In this document: one piece after another, positions 54,276 to 64,000 of the stretch
Layout of the letters: each line of letters opens with the position of its first letter
Position numbering within the stretch: position 1 is the first letter of the stretch
Source: Octopus sinensis
Taxonomy: Eukaryota
Length of the DNA stretch: 64,000 nucleotides
Reading direction: 5' to 3'
NCBI RefSeq assembly: GCF_006345805.1
Contig: NC_043000.1
Coordinates: 107,570,001-107,634,000, forward strand
The notes under the pieces: generated by a model
Database searches by the model: none
What the model saw: only the letters and a program-made list of their open reading frames with translations
What the model was told of the DNA's origin: nothing
Program-made: the position numbers and the translations under genes

Positions 54276-55341
54276 ATGACAAAAAAGGACCATTGCTTAC
54301 TTTTCTTGCATGAGTTCAAGCTCGGGCACAATGGCTCCCAAACTGCTGCCAATATCAACAGAGCATGGTGAGAGGGCTCCACAAATGATCACAGTACGAA
54401 GGTGGTTTCAGAACTTCCGTAGTGGTGATGAGAGCCTTGAAGATGATGAAGGTAGAAGACAGTCATGCAGTCTTGACAATGAACAATTGAAAGCAATTGT
54501 TGAACAAAATCCACGTCAAAATGTCAGAGAAGTGTTTCAGGAGCTTCTTGGTGTCGGTATTGCAACGGTCTCACACAATCTGCAGAAGATTGGTAAGGTG
54601 AAAAAGCTCGATAAATAGGTACTGCATGAGCTCAATGAAAATCAAAAAGTTCGGCGTTTGAAGTGTGCTTGATTCTCCCTCTGCGAAACACTAATGATGT
54701 TCTTCTTGACCGAATAGTCACTTGTGACGAAAAGTGGGTCCTTTATGATAACCGTAAGCAATTATGCCAACGGCTTGATCGTAATGAGTTCCCTAAATAT
54801 TTCCCAAAGCCAAAATTGGAAGAGCAAAAGATTATGGTGACTCTCTGGTGACTGTAGTTGGTGTTGTCCATTCCAGCTTTCTAGAAGCCAATCAGAGCAT
54901 TACAGAAGAGGTTTACTGCAATCAGCTCACTGAAATGCATGCTCACTTGCAAAAAATGAGACCTGCATTGGCGAATCGGCGTGACAATTCTACTCCATGA
55001 TAATGTAAAGCCACATGTTGCAAGAATGACGCTGCAGAAGACTTGGGATACGAGACTTTACCACATCCTCCAAATTCTTCTTATCTGTCACTCACTGATT
55101 ACCCTTTTTAAAGCATTTAAACACGTTTTTAAGTGATGAAACTTTCAGGTCCAAACCAGGGGTGGAATCAGCTTTCAATAAGTTTTTATTAACGAGACAT
55201 AAATAATCTCATTGATCGATGCCAGAGATGCATAGATGTTCACAGCTCATACTTTGACTAATAAAAACATTCCTATTGTTAAGTTTTCTAGCATAAAATT
55301 ATGTTTCTGAACTTGACCATTATTTTCAGAACAACCTAATA
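54276..55341 (+). pseudogene. mariner transposase, full-length but decayed, with right TIR
   Basis: HEFKLGHN, VRRWFQNFRSGDESLED, RIVTCDEKWVLYDN, LLHDN.KPH, LPHPPNSSYLSLTDY; stop 55259-55261; TIR ccattattttcagaacaacctaa plus TA. Left TIR not found. Confidence 0.92.
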
Positions 55342-55932
55342 TAATAGAAATTCTATGCTGTAAATTTATTGGGTCTTCCATTAAGGTGAGTCAAAAAAGA
55401 ATTACATTTTTGAACTGCGATTTTGATGGGTTGGTTCTTCGTACGCATAAGTACGACGTTCAAAAGTATTAAGATGACCACAGATGTTGTATGCAGTATA
55501 GATTGTTGGCTGTCATACATCAGCATGGTAGGCAGCCATTGATCTTCCATGAAAAGCGTACGCAAGAATTTAAATATGTCTCCGCATATCGAAATTATCC
55601 CATTTTGTAAGGGTAGGAATTCTGATATTATGGCTATCCTTTTTGACGCAGAGCGCATAGCACTTTTTTCTGTTCTTAAATATCTATACTTTATCTAACA
55701 GTGTTATGATATAGTGGCAGTCCCTTAATGATGGTTCCTTAGATAGACAGACAGATAGACACATACACACACACACACATAGAAATTCACATATACACAC
55801 TCATGTAGATATATACATATATACATGTTCGTCTATCGGAGTGACGAGGACCATCTAAGTTATCTTTAAGGGTGAGTGTTGACTTGTGTGGTAACTGAAC
55901 TAAATTTGTGCTTCGTTAACCTCACTCTTTCA

Positions 55933-56112
55933 GTGGAGATGCGGAGCTTAGTGATTAGGGTGCTGGAGTTATTATCGTAAGATTGTGGTTTCGATTCCTG
56001 AACTGGGCGACGCGCTGTGTTCTTGAGTACAACACATCCTTTCAATGGGATCGAGTCTACTCAGCTGACGAAAATGAGTAAATCCTAAAACGGACCTGCG
56101 TCCAGTGCAGGT
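55933..56112 (+). mobile_element. Family-C SINE, degenerate
   Basis: Aligns with 37936-38110 (atcgtaagattgtggtttcgattcctg). Confidence 0.75.
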
Positions 56113-57056
56113 GAGAAATTTGTGAGAAGGTAACTAACTCGTGCGTGACCATCAACAATCCAGTGACAAGACCATAGCAAGACGACTAAGAATGGAAACG
56201 GATCCAGTGGATGCTCAAGATATTTTACATGCCTTACCTTGCTCCCTGCCCTCCATAAAGCAATGTTATAGCCTTCTTCGCCTCCGTGGAAACACCAAGG
56301 TTTCTTCTGTAGAGTCTGTCGGATCCATGTATATCTTTCACCAGTTTCTAAGTGTATGTACCTTATGTAACATTGCCCATGGTTACGTGCCATTATTCCT
56401 TTCTCTTGCAATTCCAGAATATCCAAACCGAAAAATAGAGCAAAATGAAAACATTCAGACTTACCGTGACAAACGTATATGTTTCTTTCAGGTTTTCACA
56501 TAAAGGCAGCCTTGCTGCATGGCGGGTAAAACTGAAAGTTTTACATTGGTCACAAGAAAATTTCTCTAATATTCTCAGCATTGCAGGTTTTTATATCAAC
56601 AAAAATAAAAATAATTACAAAGTAAATCATAAAAACAAAATAAAGATCGTTTTTAGAGGATCGACTGGAGAAATTTTTTTTTTTATTATTTCGAAGTGTC
56701 ATTAGCCATTCATAACAAATTTTAAAGATATCCAGTCACCCAAAGTACTAAAACCAGAAGTCTAGAAATAATTGCAAAGAGAAATCCCAATAATTATCGA
56801 AAAAAGCATCTACTTCTAATTGTAGTTCGAAAGAAAATTAAAGGGAAAGATAATTATAAGACAAGATGGAGCGATGAAAAAAAAAAAACTAAGAAACAAG
56901 ATACTCCAATCTTTACATAAAAATTAAAAAGAAAAGTCACAAATGTAAGTACCATCGACAAATTCTAACCAGTACACACACAGACACACACACAGACATA
57001 TATATATGCATACATACATATATGTATATATATATATAATATATATATATATAATA

Positions 57057-57094
<38 letters not shown>

Positions 57095-57339
57095 TATATA
57101 AAGCATTTAAAGAATTAAGTGAAACAAACTAAAAATACTTTTTGGTCGATTAAAGTTTATTTAAAGTTCAAGTGTACACATAATTACGCAACCTTGTGAT
57201 GAAATGATGAAACAAAAAATAACATGGTCTTAGTCATTAAGATATTTTCTTCTTTATTCGCAACATTTTGTTTTCTATCGATGAATGTACTCTTGTTACT
57301 CCACATACAGGCTTGTATAATTAGCCTAAAGACTAAATT

Positions 57340-58185
57340 TTTTTCTACTCTAGCCACAAGGCCTGAAATTTTTGGGGAGGGAGCCAGTCAGTTAGATGGA
57401 CCCCAATACGCAATAGGCACTTAATTTATCGACCCCGAAAGGAGGAAAGGCAAAGTCGACCTCGGCGGAATTTGGACTCAGAACACAAAGACAGATGAAA
57501 TACCTATTTCTTTACTGCCCACAAGGGACTACACACTCAGAGGACAAACAAGGACAGACAGACGCATTAAGTCGATTACATAGACCCCAGTGCGTAACTA
57601 GTACTTAATTTATCGACCCCGAAAGGATGAAAGGCAAAGTCGACCTCGGCGGAATTTGAACTCAGAACGTAACGGCAGACGAAATACCGCTAAGCATTTC
57701 GCCCGGAGTGCTAACGATCCTGACAGCTCGCCATCTTTTTGATTGATCTTTAATAAGAATGCTTTCAAATTTTGGCACAAGAATTGTAATTCTTAGGAGA
57801 GGGAATTAGTCGAAAACAATGACTCTGACACTTGACTGCTACTTTATTTTGAGAACTCTCAAAAGGATGAATGGAAAATTTGACCTTGACAGGATTAAAC
57901 ACAGTATGTAAAGCTGGAAAAACACGTTGCTAAGCATTTTCTTTGACACGTTCATGATTGTGCAAGGTCACCGCCTTCGGATTGTCTTAAAAAATGCTTT
58001 CAAATTTTCGTACAAGGCCAGCAGTTTTATTAGGGTCGTGAGTAGTCGACTCCATCAACTTTAGTGTAGTACTAGTACATATTTGATTGATGAATAGTGG
58101 AATTTAAGGTCAGAACTTAAAAACAGAGAAAATGCGCGAAGAATTTTGTCCGGCGTGCCAACGATTCTGGAAACTCGCAACCTTG
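57340..58185 (-). mobile_element. Tandem or nested family-B SINEs
   Basis: Near-consensus copy at about 57505-57735 plus older copies separated by aatgctttcaaatttt. Confidence 0.85.
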
Positions 58186-58396
58186 TTCATTAAAAATGCT
58201 AAAAGTTAAATCAGATATTTTCACCGAAGTCTTGTACTGTTGTTATTTAGTTCCTTCCATTATATTTTTAATTATTTTCCAATCATTTGCTTAAATGTTT
58301 AAATTAAATTACGAAATTGTTAGGTTTTGCTGATGTTGACCTCAATTTCTATACATCGTCTACTTTTACGAATAACCATTAAAACCAATATGTCTA

Positions 58397-58807
58397 TAGG
58401 CGCAGGAGTGGCTGTGTGGTAAGTAGCTTGCTAACCAACCACATGGTTCCGGGTTCAGTCCCACTGCGTGGCATCTTGGGCAAGTGTCTTCTGCTATAGC
58501 CCCGGGCCGACCAATGCCTTGTGAGTGGATTTGGTAGACGGAAACTGAAAGAAGCCTGTCGTATATATGTATATATATATATGTGTGTATGTGTGTTTGT
58601 GTGCCTGTGTTTGTCCCTCTAGCATTGCTTGACAACCGATGCTGGTGTGTTTATGTCCCCGTCACTTAGCGGTTCGGCAAAAAAAGAGACGATAGAATAA
58701 GTACTGGCTTACAAAGAATAAGTCCCGGGGTCGATTTGCTCGACTAAAGGCGGTGCTCCAGCATGGCCGCAGTCAAGTGACTGAAACAAGTAAAAGAGTA
58801 AAGAGAG
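58397..58807 (+). mobile_element. Full-length family-A SINE
   Basis: tRNA-like head, central (TA)/(TG) tract and gtaaaagag tail; tatgtc on both flanks may be a TSD remnant. Confidence 0.9.
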
Positions 58808-59348
58808 TATGTCCAACAAGTTGTTGCTTCTAAAATATATTTAATTCGTTTATATAAACGTAGACATGGTTATATAGTAAAACGTTCGCTTCGCAATTTT
58901 CACAAAAATAGGAACACGATTCTCACATCTCAGAAACATAGACGTGCACTAATTCGTACAGTAGAAACTTGCATGAAAATACCTAAGAAAATCAATATAA
59001 TAATAATCCTTTCTTTTGTAGGTACGAGGCTTGCATTTATGGGAGAAGAGCTAGTGGATCCCAGTATTCAACTTGTACTTTTATCATCGAACTAGAAAAA
59101 TGAAAGGCAACATCGACCTCGGCGGAATTCGAACTCAGTACATAAAACCAGATGAAATGTCGCTAAGCATATTGCCCAGCATGCTAACAATTCTACCGTC
59201 TAAATAATAATTCTTTCTGTTATAGGGACAAGGCTTGAAACTTTTGTGGAGAGCTTAGTCGATTACATAGACTCTAGTGTTCAACTGGTACTTATTTTAT
59301 TTACTCCGAATAGTTAATTATAATAACAACAATAACAATAATAATAAT

Positions 59349-61640
59349 ATTTTCTTTTATTCGCCTTGTGATGACCCTTATCATAGACGGGAATATCACA
59401 AGGGCAGACAAATTGTATGGAGATTTATACAAAGAAAGGGGAAAAAGAAATGGAAAAGTTGGTAAAATGATATAATTAAACATTGTATACACAGTATGTG
59501 ATTACATGAATGATGCAGTCCTGATACAGGAGAAACTCCAGCTAGGGACAATCAAGGAATCTCACTGATCGAGGATTACTCTGACCCTCAAAACCACGAG
59601 TTGTCTTTCATTTTCTCCAGTCTAGAAGCGCATACTTAGAGGAGGACTAGTCATTCTAACCACTATTGTTACAGACATCCATCCTTTCACAAATTTACTG
59701 GGAGGTAGCACTTCCTTCTCCACCCTCGTTTTTTTTCTAAGTGGACGTTAAAGCTCTATGACAGCTTGACCGAAGATGAACACGTCTTTTCTCAATCCTT
59801 TCGGCCTCATCCACCACATAACCTCTTTTGCCATAACCACAAGACAGAGGACACTATTTGACCTGCCTTGTTAAAGGTAGATGGTGGGGCGATCCTCACG
59901 ATGGATTAGTTGGATTCCCTCAACACGATAACAGCTGTTCGACATAACTCTATAAATCAGTAATATTCGGATACTACACGAGTGCTTGCAGAACGGTTTC
60001 GTCGCTCTTCGCGTATGTCGGTCAGTCCTGTTTCACTGCGCTTACGTGCCAGCAGAGTTTATCTCGAAATGGCAGTGCTCCTCAATAACGCTGCTAGGCC
60101 AGAGATTTTTCTTATCCACCTCTAGATTTCTATATATTGCCACGATAGAACTTTCACTGACTGTTTTGCCTCATTGGAAGCGAGCGTCTGACGGCACTCC
60201 AGACGGTACTCCCTTAGAGCAGTGCCGACTACCTCGATTTCGGAGGTGTCCGACACTATTAGGTTGGAGTCGTCTGTGTAAGCCGACACGAACCTTCCGC
60301 ATCCTAGATCATGTGGAATGCCCCTCGAAACATCTAGCTTCTACAGCAATGGCTCGAGAGCGAGTACATACAGAAAAGGCGATAGTGGGCATCCTTGACA
60401 GACCGAACGAGAGATGCTAAACGATTATGATAAGTAGCCATTTACTTTGACCACCGAATAGATGTCGCTATATATTGCAGCGATGTATCCTCTGAAAACG
60501 GGATCGAAACCCGCTGCCGAGAAAACAGCTTCTGAATATTGGTTGTTGACCCTATCAAAAACTTTCGACTGGTCCAAATTGATCAGGGCCCCACTCATGC
60601 CAGGTTTCTTACCCACAATCTCTATGCTGTAGCGCATGAGGTGGGGGTCGTCATGGATAGTTCTGTATCGGATAGCGCATGTCTGCGCGCCACTAACCAA
60701 CTTATCGACGACAAGCACCAACCTCTTGGTTAAAACCTTGGCCACTATCTTATAATCTGCATTCAGCAGAGATATAGGCCTAAAATTATCAATTTTGTCC
60801 CCTTTGTTCGGATCTTTCCTCAACAGCACCACCACTCCACGGCTCACAAAATTGGGAATTCTCCCGTTCTGCTATCAGTTGTGGTAAACGTCTGCTAAGA
60901 GACAACCGAACAAGTCTGGCATATGAAAATAAAGCTCGAAGGGCAGACCGTCCTGCCCCGGAGACTTCTCTCTTGCGCAGGCCATCATCGCATCCTGTAT
61001 ATCTTCGGTTGTTATCGGCATTTCGCAGAACTCCGCATCGCTGGCTGAGAGTCGCGTCTTGCCACTGAGATAGGAGGTGAAATCTACCATTGTCACAGAA
61101 CCACGGCGCGCCCCATACAGTTAGGAGAAATACCGCTGAAATTCTGCACACATCTGCTTCGACTCAGTTATTATGCACCCATCCCATCACAGCTTGCCAA
61201 AGACCGAATTGTTGCTTTGTTTCCACGAAGCGCCTCTGCCTCCCGGGCCCATCGAACGGCTTTCGTTCACTCCCGCTTCAGTGCACGCGCCCTTGCTCTG
61301 ACAACGCAACCTTCGTGCTTGGCATTGAAGAATTGATCAAGGGCCAATCTTGCAATCAGCACGTCGGTCGCTATGCCTTCCTAAGCTCCTCTTCTAGCTT
61401 CCTAACTAGGTCTCCCTCTATCCTAGATTCCTCTAACGCTATTTCTTTGCTAAAACCTATCGCCTCTACTCTAATAGCCCTTTTCAGGGCTATCCACCAA
61501 CGGCTGTTAACTGTTGCGCCGACCAACTTTCAATGGACTAACTTTCTATCCCGGTCACTGAAAGCTTGGTGCACCGGGAAGGCGTGTTCAGCTTTCAGTA
61601 TCTCGGGCCTTGTCTATGGATCCTATCTGTGTCGACCGTA
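59349..61640 (-). pseudogene. Tx1/L1-clade LINE ORF2, decayed and internally deleted
   Basis: KSPGQDGLPFELY; GVVVLLRK...NFRPISLLNADYKIVAKVL; ALINLDQSKVFDRV; AATAAA near the 3' end. Confidence 0.9.
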
Positions 61641-61876
61641 CAAATCACAAATTTATGATTCGCAATCGTGTTTATTTATTTTGCATAAAAACGTCCACCA
61701 ATATAGCCTCGCTAGGGGCCAAACGAACACAGGAGCCCAATTCCAGGTCCCTAGTGTTTCTATAAACAAATTGAACAATGTTTAAACAGAAAAAACCCCG
61801 CAACAAACGGTTGTAAACTAAAGTTTTAAACAAGGCTTTCTTCAGGACTTCGAAAGTACGTCTGTCGTGTTCAGCA

Positions 61877-61948
<72 letters not shown>

Positions 61949-61949
<1 letters not shown>

Positions 61950-63041
61950 GAAGCTTCATTCTATCATCAAGGAAAGCAAAAAATTTGCTATTGATCTCGT
62001 GCAGGATACCCAAACTGAACAACCCGAGGGAAGTACGGCAACTATTGTTGCAAAGAAGGTGAAAATGATGGCAATGAAAAAAGCGCACGAGCAATTGGCT
62101 GATAGGTGGAGGAGAAACCTCTGCACGGCAAATATGTGACCCGCAGCAAACAAGCTGATGTTGACCAGAAGCAAACCCATCAGTGGCTGCGGAGCTCAGG
62201 CTAAAAGCAGAGAGCGAAGGTTTCATCCTGGCTGCTCAAGACCAAAGCCTATTAACCCGGAACTACCAGGCCAATGTGATGAAAAATGGAGCAGACCCAA
62301 AATGCCGATTCTGCAACGACATGATTGAAACAGTGGACCACCTGATCTCTGGATGTAAAGTCTTAGCACCAGTGGAGTATAAATTAAGACATGACAGAGT
62401 TGGCCAATATCTCCACTGGCTAATAAGTCGGCATTACAATATCAAAACTGCCGACAAGTGGTATAATCACCACCCTGAGGCTGTAACTGAAGGAAAAATG
62501 TAACCATTCTGTGGGACTTTCCAGTACATACAGACCGAACCATCAAGCCAATAAACCAGATATTGTTGTGAAAGACCAAAACAATAAAGTTTGCTTATTG
62601 ATCGACATGAGCATCCCCTGTGATCATAATATCTCAGCGAAAGAGTTTGACAAGCTCAGAAAATATAAAGACCTACTCATTGAAATTGAGAAAATGTGGC
62701 ATCTCAAGGCGGTTACAATACCAGTGATCGTAGGAGCACTAGGAATGATCAAGAAGGGAACCGAAAATTATATGAGAATGATCCCTGGCTTACCATCCCT
62801 GCAAGAAGTGCAAAAGATTGTCTTAACTGGTACATCACACATATTGAGAAGAGCATTGTCGATGTGAGAACTGTTGCTGCTCATGTATTTTAATTTAACT
62901 TTAAAAAAAAAAAAAAAAAAATGAACGAACTACTGAGTTTGGTTTAATGGCCTACCAATATACACTATGAGTTTCTTTGCCCTAGGAGTCGGGAAGACAC
63001 TCGGCAAGAAATGGAAGAAAATTTGAAAGAAGAAAAAAAAA

Positions 63042-63042
<1 letters not shown>
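61949..63042 (+). mobile_element. 5'-truncated R4/Dong LINE (CCHC knuckle + restriction-like endonuclease) inserted in (TAA)n
   Basis: LHGKY; SEGFILAAQDQ; CRFC...ETVDHLISGC; RHD; KPDIVV...LIDMSIP...K..KY; stop 62865-62867; (TAA)n at 61878-61948 and 63043-63093. Confidence 0.93.
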
Positions 63043-63094
<52 letters not shown>

Positions 63095-64000
63095 GTCGAA
63101 GAAAAACGTTTCAAGATATACAACATGGGGTAAACCATTCAGGTTATTCATAGAGTGTGATAAGCACCACCATATAAATACATGTATCAGCGTAAAAGTA
63201 CATCAGATATTCTTATACGGGATACAGAGACAATACGAAAAGTAATATCTTCAAATTAATTTTAAAATTACCATTGGATAAAATATATTTACTTATAGTT
63301 TATCTAACCAAGAAATATCTTGAGAGGTGTTGGCGAAAAAAAAATGAAAAGACAAAAAACAAAACCAGAAGCGATAAAAATGGTGCACCATTAAAAATAG
63401 ATCGTTATATATTTCAAAATTGTAAACAAATCGTGATTTTGAACCTCAGATCATAGAGATATTATAAGAAACAAATAAGTAGATGAATAGGTAAAAAAGA
63501 CATGAAAGGGGAAAAAAATCTTAATCGAAAGCTATACACAGTAAAAACGTTTAGCAAAAACATAATCGGTAAATGGTGGAAGAAATATTTCAAAAAATCA
63601 AGAGATACAACGCCAAACTTTATGCTTTATTATCGCAACTCGAATAAGCTTATTATAAGAAAATATTTAGTCACTGAAAAATAGAAATAAAGGTTTTTGA
63701 TGTGGTGACACCTTGAATAAAGCTGCAGGGATACGTTTTTAACCTGAATGAAATCTGGATGCAGATAAACAAACGGAATGCAAATGAAAAATACAAACCA
63801 CATTGCATGCTTTTCATGCAGCAGAAACATATGTCGGACAGAGATTTAAATTAAATATACTGTATAAATGATTCTAATAATAAAAAGTGTGTGTGTGTAT
63901 GTGTGTTTATGTTCCTTCATACACACACACACACAAAAAACTCACCCTCACACACATAATTCTTTAATTGGTACCGGTCATTGCATTACGTTTATACTCA

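Noticed and set aside
63095-63830. Decayed DNA transposase with WWKKYFKK
   Set aside because: One weak motif and no traceable catalytic residues.

Overview
AT-rich eukaryotic DNA packed with microsatellites and repeats; the SINE families and the (TA)n/(ATAC)n/(TAA)n density suggest an octopus (coleoid cephalopod), which is an inference. Nearly all long ORFs are microsatellite artefacts or decayed transposons: a Penelope-like (Naiad-type) GIY-YIG element, RTE, CR1/Jockey-like, Tx1/L1 and R4/Dong LINEs, two hAT transposases, mariner and Tc1 remnants, Helitron pieces, MITEs and many tRNA-derived SINEs. Three small exons with good splice sites at 37.4-39.8 kb may be the 5' end of an unidentified host gene (MPVKFNHP...). 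The most notable signal is five minimal type-I hammerhead ribozyme (HHR) motifs at four loci. One lies in the Penelope tail; the rest lie in short non-coding elements that each carry an inverted copy of their own 3' end, and one of these joins a tRNA-like Pol III head to the ribozyme. All alignments were done by eye and boundaries of decayed elements are approximate.
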